Assembly (NCBI GenBank): GCA_041891055.1
Contig: CP169074.1
Span: 64,001-128,000 of the forward strand
Source of the DNA: Halorutilales archaeon Cl-col2-1
Lineage (GTDB): Archaea > Halobacteriota > Halobacteria > Halobacteriales > Afararchaeaceae
Direction: 5' to 3'
DNA: 64,000 bases
The notes below the pieces were generated by a model, which had not been told where the DNA came from, did not search any database, and saw nothing but the letters and a program-made list of their open reading frames with translations. How positions within the stretch are numbered: position 1 is the stretch's first letter; each line of letters begins with the position of its first letter. Both the position numbers and the translations under genes were made by a program. Shown piece by piece: positions 50,426 to 59,179 of the stretch.

Positions 50426-50686
50426 ATGAGCGACGAAGAAACCCTCCACGAGTCGGGTGAAAAGCTGGACGAGATAATAGAAGACGACTCAGTTCCGCGT
50501 AACATACGTGAGTCCCTCGAAGAGGCTCAGGAGTATCTCCTCGACGACTCGGAGGCTGCGAGCGAGAGAGCGGCGAACGCCATAAACATCTTCAACGACG
50601 TCTCGAACGACCCCAACTTGCCGATGCACACACGGACGACTATCTGGAACATCTCGGGGGAGCTAGAGGGTCTGACATCGGAGTAG
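50426..50686 (+). CDS. UPF0147 family protein
   Basis: IIEDDSVPRNIR..RAANAI..NDPNLPMHTRT.IW. Confidence 0.9.
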   Translation: MSDEETLHESGEKLDEIIEDDSVPRNIRESLEEAQEYLLDDSEAASERAANAINIFNDVSNDPNLPMHTRTTIWNISGELEGLTSE

Positions 50687-50713
50687 ATCCGAATTCTCCT
50701 TCCTCACACTCTT

Positions 50714-51874
50714 CTATTCGGGAACCAGACGTACCAGAGGAACACCGTCGCCGTCGTAGACGAGATAGACATAGCCATCGTCTCCCACCGCGACGTCACG
50801 TACCCTCCAGCCTCGGTCTTCGAGCAACGTATCGACCTGTTCGACGTCACGTCCGTCGACCTCGAAACGTCCGAGAACCCTCCCTGCTAAGTTTCCGACG
50901 AGTAGGTCTCCCTGCCAGTCCTCGAATAAGTCGCCGTCGTAGAAATCCGCGCCGGAAGGAGGAAAGCCTCCCGTACCGCATTCCCAGACGTAGACTGGAG
51001 ACACGACGTCTTCGCGCTCGGAGTGGCTCACTCCTACGGGTATGTCGGTGTTGTACTCACACGCCTCGGTCGCCACGGGCCAGCCGTAGTTCTCCCCTTT
51101 CTCTATGACGTTGATCTCGTCACCGTCGCGCTCTCCGTGTTCGGTCTCCCAGATCTCTCCCGTCTCGGGATGTACTGTGAGACCCTGTGGGTTTCTGTGT
51201 CCGTAGCTGTAGACAGCGTCTGCGCCCTCGCCGTCAACGAAGGGGTTGTCTGAGGGTACCGATCCGTCGTCTTCGAGACGCAGAACTGCGCCGAGCTGGT
51301 TGTCGAGTCTCTGAGCGATGTGGTCTGAGCCGAAGTTCTTGAACTGTCTGTCGCCCGAGGTGACGTAGAGACTTCTGTCTTCGCCGAAGGTGGCGCGCGA
51401 TCCGTAGTGGTTGTTGGAGTCTACGAAGGGTTCTGCGACATGTAGAACCTCGAATTCCTCGAGTCGCGGAGTGTCATCGTCGAGTCTTCCGGCTCCAACG
51501 TGGGTCGCCGACTTACCTTCTGTGTCGGTCGCCGAGTAGGTGAGGTAGACGCGCGGGTCGTCGGGGTAATTCGGATGCACTTCGACGTCGAGAAGACCGC
51601 CCTGTCCTGCGACGTAGACTTCGGGTACGCCCTCAACCCCCTCGGCGGTACCCGACCCGACGTCGATGAGGCTGAGACTTCCACGGCGTCCCGTGACGAG
51701 ACACCGTCGGTCGTCTATGAACTCTATCCCCCACGGCTCCGTGAGTCCTCCGACGACAGTCTCGATGTCGTATCCTGAACTCGAACCACTGTCTCCCTCC
51801 CCTGAGCCGAGACAGCCCGCAGTCAGAGCCACCGACGCCGAGCCCACCTGCCTCAAGAAGGATCGTCTGTCCAT
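50714..51874 (-). CDS. Tat lipoprotein, PQQ-dependent sugar (glucose/sorbosone) dehydrogenase family
   Basis: MDRRSFL plus TAGC; GQGGLLD, HYGSR, PSDNPF, YSYGHRNPQG, EHG..GDEIN, NYGWP. Confidence 0.9.
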   Translation of the reverse strand: MDRRSFLRQVGSASVALTAGCLGSGEGDSGSSSGYDIETVVGGLTEPWGIEFIDDRRCLVTGRRGSLSLIDVGSGTAEGVEGVPEVYVAGQGGLLDVEVHPNYPDDPRVYLTYSATDTEGKSATHVGAGRLDDDTPRLEEFEVLHVAEPFVDSNNHYGSRATFGEDRSLYVTSGDRQFKNFGSDHIAQRLDNQLGAVLRLEDDGSVPSDNPFVDGEGADAVYSYGHRNPQGLTVHPETGEIWETEHGERDGDEINVIEKGENYGWPVATEACEYNTDIPVGVSHSEREDVVSPVYVWECGTGGFPPSGADFYDGDLFEDWQGDLLVGNLAGRVLGRFEVDGRDVEQVDTLLEDRGWRVRDVAVGDDGYVYLVYDGDGVPLVRLVPE

Positions 51875-51973
51875 GTATCCCTTATTCGGCAGCCACGTTT
51901 GAAACTGACGCTGGTGCAAATTATATACAATTATCACAAAATATATGTTGAGGTGTGTTGACCTTTTCCACAT

Positions 51974-52780
51974 ATGCAGATGAGCACACGAACGAGACGT
52001 CTTCTGATTATAGCTGCTGTGTCAGTACTCGTAGCACTCGCGGGATGTCAGGGGGGCAACGGCGGAGCGTCGGTCGACGACGCCACGTCTGAGACAGGTC
52101 AAGGAACCGAGAACGTCGACTCTGACGCCGAAACTGACGGCGACGGTGAGACGACCGAGACTGACACAGAAACAGGAGACGGGAATGAGATGGACGCCCA
52201 CGACAGGATCGGATCACTCTCTGAGAACGAGTTCGAGACGAAGAAGGCACAAGCCGAGAACGCCTCGAAACGCATGATGTCGACCCTCTCGGGAAGACTC
52301 CAGTCGGCTATGAAGGAAGGGGGTCCGACTCGCGGAATAGAGGTCTGTACCGACGACGCCATAGAGATAAAACACAACATATCGCGCGAGACGGGATGGC
52401 AGGTCACACGTGTGAGTGACAAAGTAAGAGACCCGCTTCTCGGTACTCCCGATCCGTGGGAGCAGAGGAGCTTTGAGAAGATGAAAAAAGCTGTCGCCGA
52501 GGGCAAAGACCCCGCGAACGTGTCGAGGGCGGAGGTCGTAGACGAGCCCAACGGCGAGTACCTGAGATACATGTCGCCGATACCGACGCGTCCGGTCTGT
52601 ACCAACTGCCACGGCACCCAGGATCAGATAAGTCCCGAGGTCGAGGAACTACTTGACGAGCATTATCCTCACGACGAAGCCACGGGTTACGAGGTCGGTG
52701 AGCTAAGAGGTGCCGTGAGCGTCAAGATGCCTCTCAACGAGTCTACGAACAGTACTGACACAACGATGACAATGGAGTAG
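51974..52780 (+). CDS. DUF3365/Tll0287-like c-type heme lipoprotein
   Basis: LAGC lipobox; GG...IEVC, RVSDKVR, PDPWE, RYMSPI..CTNCHG, YP.D.ATGY..GELRGAVSV. Confidence 0.85.
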   Translation: MQMSTRTRRLLIIAAVSVLVALAGCQGGNGGASVDDATSETGQGTENVDSDAETDGDGETTETDTETGDGNEMDAHDRIGSLSENEFETKKAQAENASKRMMSTLSGRLQSAMKEGGPTRGIEVCTDDAIEIKHNISRETGWQVTRVSDKVRDPLLGTPDPWEQRSFEKMKKAVAEGKDPANVSRAEVVDEPNGEYLRYMSPIPTRPVCTNCHGTQDQISPEVEELLDEHYPHDEATGYEVGELRGAVSVKMPLNESTNSTDTTMTME

Positions 52781-52815
52781 AGAGCCGTATTCCGGCTTTC
52801 TGAGTGCCTCTGCCT

Positions 52816-54696
52816 CTAACCGTTCACTTCTTGACCGAGCTTCTCTTGAAGTACGTCCGAGACTAGCTCTCCGTCCGCCTTACCTCTCATCTCTTCCATC
52901 ACGACCCCCATCAGGGCGCCGAAGGCACCCATGCCCTGTTCGTCTATGAGACCCTGCTTCTCGTCTATGACGTCCTCTACGACCTCTTCGACCTCGCCAC
53001 GTCCCGCGCTTCTCAGACCGAGGTCGTCGACGAGCGCGTCCGTCTCCTTCCCGGTCTCAGCGAGTCCCGTCAGAAGCTCGGGGACTCCCTCCTTAGCTAT
53101 CTCGTCTTCGACGACGAGCTCGAAGACAGAGAGTATCTCGTCGTCGGTGATCTCCTCGACGGCGACGCCTTCCCTCCTGAGTTCGACGAGGTCGCTTTCG
53201 AGGGTCTGTGCCACGAGAGACGGGTCGGCTCCCATCTCGACGCCCTTCTCGAAGAGAGGCATGTTACGTCCGAATGCGACCTGCTCGGCGAGGTTCGAGT
53301 CGAGACCGTACTCCTCCTCGTACCTCTCCGCTCTCTGGGTCAGAAGCTCGGGCTCCTCGACCTCGACGTCGCCGAGATCGACCTCGAAGACGTCGGTTTC
53401 GGGATACATCCTCGCCGCTCCCGGGAGAGGACGCAGGTAGCTCGAAGTTCCGTCCTGGTTGGCGTCGCGCGTCTCCTCGGGGACTCCCTCAAGCGCTTCC
53501 TCCGCACGTTCCTTCGCCGCCTCTATCGCTCTCTCGGCGACCTCGGGCGAGTCAGCGACTATCGCGACGGCGTCGTCTTCGCCGGCTCCGACTTCGTCCC
53601 TCAGCCTCCCGATCTCTTCCTCGGTAATTCCGTACCCCGGGAGCTCGTCGGTGTGGAATATACCTCCTGCCCCTCTCTTCTTCGCCCTGTCACTCATCTC
53701 GGTTCCGAGTCTCCTGTCGTCCTGTATCTCTCTTCCCACGACGCCATCGAATCCTCTCAGGACGACTCCCATGACACGTCCGCCCGAGTCGAGCGCGCCT
53801 CTCAGGACTCCTGACTCTGTACCGTCGAAGACGGCTGTGACGTCGTGTATCTCTCCGACTTCCGCCTCATTTTCGGCGAGTTCGTCACGTATTTCGAGGA
53901 GGCTCTTCTGTCGCCTCGCCTCTTTCTCGACTATCTCGCCTATCATGTCGAGTTCCTGGACGCCCTTGATCTCGATACGCGCACCCCCTTCTATCGATAT
54001 GTTAATGTCCTGACGTACAGTCCCGAGTCCTCTCTTGACCTTACCCGTCGACCTCAGAAGCATGCCTATCCTCTCTGCCGCTTCCTGTGCCTGCTGAGGC
54101 GTCCGTATGTCGGGCTCAGTTCCTATCTCGACGAGCGGAATCCCAAGTCTGTCGAGTGAGAAGACGACCTCGCCGTCGGTCTCCTCGACCCTCTGTGCCG
54201 ACTCCTCTTCGAGACACAGGTCGGCGACACGCACATCTCCCTCCGAGGTCTCGACCTCGCCGCCGTATGCGACCATAGACGACCTCTGGAACCCCGTCGT
54301 GTTCGAGCCGTCTATGACTATCTTCCTCATGACGTGTGCCTCGTCGACTCGACTCATCTCCATCATCTCAGCTATCTCTAGCGCGGTTTCGAGAGCCTCG
54401 TCATCGATCTCCTTCGGAGGCTCGTCGTCCTCCTCTACGAGACATGTCGTGTCGTAAGCCTTGTACCGGAAGACGCGGTCGAGTATGCTCTCTTCGAGCG
54501 CCGCCTCGTCTATCTCTCCGAGTTCGCTCCTCGCGGGATGGAGGTAACGTTCGAACTCCCTCTCGGCTTCGTCGACCTCTCTCAGACTCGTGGGACAGTT
54601 ACAGAAGAGCTTCGTCTCAGTGTCGAGCTGCTGGTGTATTTCGAGCCCCGCCTTGAGACCGAGGTCGGAGTAGTCGAGATCCGCGTTCGTGCTCAT
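52816..54696 (-). CDS. gatE: Glu-tRNA(Gln) amidotransferase subunit E
   Basis: GLEIHQQL, MRKIVIDGSNTTGFQR, DRLGIPLVEI, RPLPGAARMYPETD. Confidence 0.96.
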   Translation of the reverse strand: MSTNADLDYSDLGLKAGLEIHQQLDTETKLFCNCPTSLREVDEAEREFERYLHPARSELGEIDEAALEESILDRVFRYKAYDTTCLVEEDDEPPKEIDDEALETALEIAEMMEMSRVDEAHVMRKIVIDGSNTTGFQRSSMVAYGGEVETSEGDVRVADLCLEEESAQRVEETDGEVVFSLDRLGIPLVEIGTEPDIRTPQQAQEAAERIGMLLRSTGKVKRGLGTVRQDINISIEGGARIEIKGVQELDMIGEIVEKEARRQKSLLEIRDELAENEAEVGEIHDVTAVFDGTESGVLRGALDSGGRVMGVVLRGFDGVVGREIQDDRRLGTEMSDRAKKRGAGGIFHTDELPGYGITEEEIGRLRDEVGAGEDDAVAIVADSPEVAERAIEAAKERAEEALEGVPEETRDANQDGTSSYLRPLPGAARMYPETDVFEVDLGDVEVEEPELLTQRAERYEEEYGLDSNLAEQVAFGRNMPLFEKGVEMGADPSLVAQTLESDLVELRREGVAVEEITDDEILSVFELVVEDEIAKEGVPELLTGLAETGKETDALVDDLGLRSAGRGEVEEVVEDVIDEKQGLIDEQGMGAFGALMGVVMEEMRGKADGELVSDVLQEKLGQEVNG

Positions 54697-54742
54697 ACAG
54701 TTTGGTCGAACGCAGGGAGTTTAAGAGTAACGTAAACCGGAC

Positions 54743-55792
54743 TTAGCCGTCGGTGTATCTCTCGAAGACGTAGTCGTCGGGTTTTCCTCTTAGGACGTAT
54801 ACTCCGTACCCCGTGTCTTCGAGAACCTCGGCGACCTCCCTCTGGCGTTTCGACATACGGCTGTCGCCGTACTTGACCTCGACGAAACACGGCTCCTCGG
54901 GTCTCCAGTTCGACTCCTCGGTCTCGTCGTCCCAGTCGTCGATCCTTGACTGAGAACCCTCGACGTAAAAATCAGGGACGCCGCTCACGTCTCCGAAGAC
55001 GTGTTCGAGCCTGTGTCGCACGTCTCCGAGTCGCGCTTCTCTCAGAGCCTCACGTCCCCGGCGACAGTCGAATCCCCTCTCGGCGCACAGATTCGAGAAG
55101 AACTCCTCGAATCCGCGCCCCTTCCTCTGGTTTTCGACTGATAATCTTGTCCTATCGGCGAGTGAGTCGCGGTACTTCTCACGGACGTGTCTCCACACAT
55201 CGGCTTCGAGTCCGCGTGTTACTCGGTGTCGGTGTAGAATCGGATATCTCTCGCTGAGAAGAGCTTCGACGTCTTCCCGTCTCTCGATCTCTGTCAGATC
55301 CGAGTCCACGAAGATGTCTTCGAGTAGGTCATCTCTGATCCTCTCGCGAGTCTCCTCGGAGACGAATGAGCCGAAGTCGACGACTGACGACGGAGTGGCG
55401 AACCTACGTATCTCCCAGACCTCTGACCCCGACGCTCGTACGACTTCGCGGAGGTAGTAATCTGAGAGAACCTCGTCATCCTCGAATGCTTCGACGACGC
55501 CCCACTCGCTCGTCTCGGTGACATACTCATCCACTGCCGTCCTGAGTATCTCCGAGGTCATCGACTCGACATCCTCGGCTGTCGTGCCTCCCACGACTAT
55601 CCTCTCGTCGTCGAGGCTCAGACACGCGATATGACCCACTCTGCCGACCTCGTCTATATAACAGCCGAAGCAGTAGGTCTCGGCGTCGTCTCTCGAAGAC
55701 GTTAATCCGTTCTCGACGAAGAGGTCGGTCTCCAGAGAGCCCGTCTCGCCACAGACGCGGCACCGTGATCTCGACCAGCCGAAGTAAGCCAT
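54743..55792 (-). CDS. VRR-NUC/PD-(D/E)XK nuclease with N-terminal zinc-finger-like Cys pairs
   Basis: GRGFE..GVPDF..FVEVK..SRMSKRQ; CRVC and CFGC. Confidence 0.72.
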   Translation of the reverse strand: MAYFGWSRSRCRVCGETGSLETDLFVENGLTSSRDDAETYCFGCYIDEVGRVGHIACLSLDDERIVVGGTTAEDVESMTSEILRTAVDEYVTETSEWGVVEAFEDDEVLSDYYLREVVRASGSEVWEIRRFATPSSVVDFGSFVSEETRERIRDDLLEDIFVDSDLTEIERREDVEALLSERYPILHRHRVTRGLEADVWRHVREKYRDSLADRTRLSVENQRKGRGFEEFFSNLCAERGFDCRRGREALREARLGDVRHRLEHVFGDVSGVPDFYVEGSQSRIDDWDDETEESNWRPEEPCFVEVKYGDSRMSKRQREVAEVLEDTGYGVYVLRGKPDDYVFERYTDG

Positions 55793-55796
55793 TGTA

Positions 55797-56561
55797 TTAT
55801 GCTAGACCTCTCGTTACCATTCTCACTCCTATGAACAGTAGAAGGACTCCGAATCCCCTCTTCAGGCTCTCGTCTGGGACATACGCTGAGACGTGGGGTC
55901 CGACGCCCGCTCCCACGGTTATGCCGGCTATCAGGGGAAGCGCGAGTTCGGGTATGAGGTTGCCCTGACCGTACTGTTTGTACGACGCCACGACCGCACT
56001 CGGGAACATGGCGAATAGCGATGTCGCTACTGCGCGCGTGATTGTGAGTCCGAGAAGCATCGTGAGTACGGGAACCATGAGGGAGCCGCCGCCGATACCG
56101 AAGAGACCCGATGAGAAGCCGACGACTCCTCCGAGGACAAAGACAAGTATACTACCATACCGTCCCTCGACGTCGACGGTCGCTGAGACGTCAGAGTTGA
56201 GTGCCATCTTGATCCCGGGATAGAACATGAAGACGCCGAACGACGTCGCTAAGACTGACTCGGGGAGTACGTCGCTCGCAACTGCGCCCGCGTATCCCCC
56301 GACGACTGTCATCGGAGCGATCAGGAGACCCAGTCGGAGGTCGACCGCGCCGTTTCTGAGGTAGCCGACGCTCGAAGAAAGCGACGTGAAGGCGACCGCC
56401 GATATGCTCGTCCCGACCGCGAACTTCGTCTCCGAGACGAAGCCCCCGAGGACGAGAAGGGGCACCATCAGACCCCCTCCTCCTATTCCGAGTAGGCTCG
56501 AAAATACGCCTATGAAGAAAGCCGCGACGAAGAGCGAGACTGTTTCGGCGAAGACGACCAT
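55797..56561 (-). CDS. TauE/SafE (TSUP) sulfur-compound exporter
   Basis: Duplicated G(I)GGG..VP.L motifs, AVGTS/AVATS, about 8 TM helices. Confidence 0.9.
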   Translation of the reverse strand: MVVFAETVSLFVAAFFIGVFSSLLGIGGGGLMVPLLVLGGFVSETKFAVGTSISAVAFTSLSSSVGYLRNGAVDLRLGLLIAPMTVVGGYAGAVASDVLPESVLATSFGVFMFYPGIKMALNSDVSATVDVEGRYGSILVFVLGGVVGFSSGLFGIGGGSLMVPVLTMLLGLTITRAVATSLFAMFPSAVVASYKQYGQGNLIPELALPLIAGITVGAGVGPHVSAYVPDESLKRGFGVLLLFIGVRMVTRGLA

Positions 56562-56609
56562 GCTGTCTAATTGCGTTGGAGTAAAGTCAGTCTTTTCGGA
56601 AGTAGACGT

Positions 56610-57185
56610 ATGGAGATCACTAATCTCACACGAGACTCAGAAGCCTTCACCTCGAACGTCTTCTTAGTCGAGGGCGACACGAACGTCTTGGTCGATGTCG
56701 GTACCGTCCCCGGTATAATAGACGAAGTACGTGAAGCCGGGGGTATCGACGCAGTAGTTCTGACCCACTCACACCGCGACCACGTCGAACTCCTCCCGCG
56801 CGTCAAGCAAGAGTTCGACGTCGAGGTCTGGGGCTACGACGGTTCGTTCGAGGGAACTGACCACGAGATCGACGACGGCGACACCGTCGAGATAGGCGAC
56901 GAGACATTCGAGGTTCTCTTCACTCCGGGTCACAAGACCGACCACGTCTGTCTCGTAGGTGAGACTGTCGTCTTCGCGGGCGACCTGATCTTCGACGGCG
57001 GCGCGTTCGGCAGGACGGACTTAGAGGAGGGGAACCGTGAGTCACTCATCGAGAGCATACAGAGGCTTCTCGAAGAGGTAGAGGACAAAGATGTGGAAGT
57101 CATCTACACGGGGCACGGCTCGGCGATACGCGGCGACGTCGAGGGCGCGGTACGTAGGTCTCTCGAAAACGCGCGTCAGCTTTAG
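56610..57185 (+). CDS. MBL-fold metallo-hydrolase (glyoxalase II-like)
   Basis: LTHSHRDH, TPGH..DH, FAGD, GRTDL, YTGHG. Confidence 0.88.
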   Translation: MEITNLTRDSEAFTSNVFLVEGDTNVLVDVGTVPGIIDEVREAGGIDAVVLTHSHRDHVELLPRVKQEFDVEVWGYDGSFEGTDHEIDDGDTVEIGDETFEVLFTPGHKTDHVCLVGETVVFAGDLIFDGGAFGRTDLEEGNRESLIESIQRLLEEVEDKDVEVIYTGHGSAIRGDVEGAVRRSLENARQL

Positions 57186-57448
57186 CCGCCGCTCGCTGCG
57201 GGAATTATACGTATCTCGTCGTCTTCTTCTAGGCTGGTTTCGACGCCAGCGAGGTTCCTTATGTCCTCACCGTTGACGTAGACGTTTATGTACTCCTTGA
57301 CCTCGCCGTCGTCCATGACCTGGTCTTGTATCTCGGAACCGTGCTCTTCGGTGTAGGCGTCTATCGCCTCCTTTACTGTCGTCGCGTTTACCTCGACCTT
57401 CTTCGATCCCTCGTTCGTGAGAACCGCTGGCACGTTTATTACTGGCAT
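57182..57448 (-). CDS. SAMP/CysO-like ubiquitin-like protein with free C-terminal GG
   Basis: YINVYVNGEDIR..VETSL...DEIRIIPAASGG-stop. Confidence 0.9.
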   Translation of the reverse strand: MPVINVPAVLTNEGSKKVEVNATTVKEAIDAYTEEHGSEIQDQVMDDGEVKEYINVYVNGEDIRNLAGVETSLEEDDEIRIIPAASGG

Positions 57449-57479
57449 TGTGTTAATTAGGGTAGTTTTGTGTCAAAAG

Positions 57480-57917
57480 CTAATCGGTACTACTCTCCCT
57501 AACCTCACTGTCGACCTCTATCTCCTCCCTCTCGAACTCGTCTCCCGTCCAGATCCAAGAGCCTACCTTGGGTTCGTCGTCACCGAGTGAGACTATGACA
57601 TACGAGTGCCCCGTCCACGTTGCCCTCTCGGCGTCAGTCTCACTCGTCCTGAATGGACCCTCGGGATGTGAGTGGTAGAATCCGACTACGTCGAGACCCT
57701 CGTCCTCTATAGCCTCGACTATCTCGAACTGTTCCTGAGGATCTATGAGGTAGTTCGTCTCGGGGGTCTCGCTGACGTTCTCGCAGTCGTAGATCTTCTC
57801 GACTGTCGCCTCTTTTTCACCCCTCTCACCCGCGAGCACGCCACAGATCTCGTAGGGCTTGCCATCCTTCGCGTGGTCTATTATCTCGTCATAGTCGTCG
57901 ACGTCGAACTCTATCAT
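57480..57917 (-). CDS. JAMM1/Mec-like desampylase (M67 metalloprotease)
   Basis: PYEICGVLAG, YLIDPQEQ, GFYHSHP....SETD. Confidence 0.9.
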   Translation of the reverse strand: MIEFDVDDYDEIIDHAKDGKPYEICGVLAGERGEKEATVEKIYDCENVSETPETNYLIDPQEQFEIVEAIEDEGLDVVGFYHSHPEGPFRTSETDAERATWTGHSYVIVSLGDDEPKVGSWIWTGDEFEREEIEVDSEVRESSTD

Positions 57918-57993
57918 CACTCCGTGGTACGCCGCCTCGCGCCTAATATATTCCGGCACGTCTCCCGGCGTCCCATCAGTTTTAAGTCTACGA

Positions 57994-58008
57994 ATTACTA
58001 TCGGTTAT
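57994..58008. promoter_or_regulatory. Putative operator between the TATA box and start of the HTH-CBS gene
   Basis: ATTACT-atc-GGTTAT, 10 of 12 positions match the palindrome at 40432; TTTTAAG at 57980-57986. Confidence 0.35.
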
Positions 58009-58011
58009 ATA

Positions 58012-58638
58012 ATGGATCTTCCGACGCCCGAGAGACTCCGGGAAACGAGAAAGAGCCTCGGACTCACACAGGACGAACTCGCCGAGATGGCTGACGTCTC
58101 ACAGCCTCTCATCGCACGTATCGAGAACGACGACGTCGATCCGCGTTTCTCGACCCTGAGACGTATAATCGACGTCCTCGAATCCGTCGAGGAGGAACAG
58201 AACGTCGAGGGCGAGTCGGTCACGGCTGAGGATCTGATGACGACTGGTATAATCAGTGTCTCGCCCGACGACACAGTCAAGGAGGTCGTCGACACCTTAC
58301 AGGAGACGGGCTACTCACAGCTACCCGTCATAGAGGACGACGTCCCCGTCGGGTCGGTAACCGACGCCCTGATAGCCCACGCTAGGTCCGAGATAGACGA
58401 TCTCCCAGACGCAGAGGTCTCTGAGGTGATGGACGAGTCTTTCCCGACCGTCTCACCCAACGTCGACGTCGACACACTCTCGTCTTTCCTCGACGGAGCG
58501 AGTGCAGTACTCGTCACTACTGAGGGCTGTGTCGAGGGAATAGTCACCGACGCCGACATAGCCGCTTACTTCGGACGTTCCGAGTCTGAGGACGAAGACG
58601 AGCACGGTGGAGACGGCGATGACAGGGACGACGAGTAA
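58012..58638 (+). CDS. XRE-HTH plus tandem CBS domain transcription regulator (COG3620-type)
   Basis: LGLTQDELAEMADVSQPLIARIE..VDPRFSTL; AEDLMT, YSQLPV, GIVTDADI. Confidence 0.9.
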   Translation: MDLPTPERLRETRKSLGLTQDELAEMADVSQPLIARIENDDVDPRFSTLRRIIDVLESVEEEQNVEGESVTAEDLMTTGIISVSPDDTVKEVVDTLQETGYSQLPVIEDDVPVGSVTDALIAHARSEIDDLPDAEVSEVMDESFPTVSPNVDVDTLSSFLDGASAVLVTTEGCVEGIVTDADIAAYFGRSESEDEDEHGGDGDDRDDE

Positions 58639-59179
58639 AAGCCTCGTAGTAGTCTTAGCCCTCGCGCTCACGGTCGCCGGAGCCGGCTGTCTCTCGTCAC
58701 CGGAGCCGTCTCCCGAGGAGACTGATACCGACGCTGACGCCGCCGACGCCGACGGAGACCCTCTCACAAATACGACGGATGGAGCCGAAGCCACTGCAGT
58801 CTTCACCCACGAAGGCGAAGCCGTAGCCAGGCTTAGTCTCGAAGTTGCCGAGACGCCCGAGGAGAGAAGTAGGGGTCTGATGTACCGCGAGAGCCTCGAA
58901 GACCGAAGAGGGATGGTCTTCGTCTACGCCGAAGAGGAGAGACGTTCCTTCTGGATGAAGAACACCTACATACCCCTCGACATGGTCTTCGTCGGCGAGG
59001 ACGGCAGGGTCAACGCCGTGAGGCACGCGTCTCCTCAGCCCAACGCTTCTGTCTCCGAACTCCGGAGGTACACGGGCGACGCCAAGTACGTCATAGAGAC
59101 CAACAGGGGATTTGCCAACGAGACGGGAGTCGGTGAGGGCACACGTGTCGAGATAGATCTCAGTCAAGAAGACGGCTGA
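58619..59179 (+). CDS. DUF192 (UPF0127) lipoprotein
   Basis: GAGC lipobox; EVAETPEERSRGLMYR, GMVFV, FWMKNTYIPLDMVF. Confidence 0.9.
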   Translation: MTGTTSKSLVVVLALALTVAGAGCLSSPEPSPEETDTDADAADADGDPLTNTTDGAEATAVFTHEGEAVARLSLEVAETPEERSRGLMYRESLEDRRGMVFVYAEEERRSFWMKNTYIPLDMVFVGEDGRVNAVRHASPQPNASVSELRRYTGDAKYVIETNRGFANETGVGEGTRVEIDLSQEDG

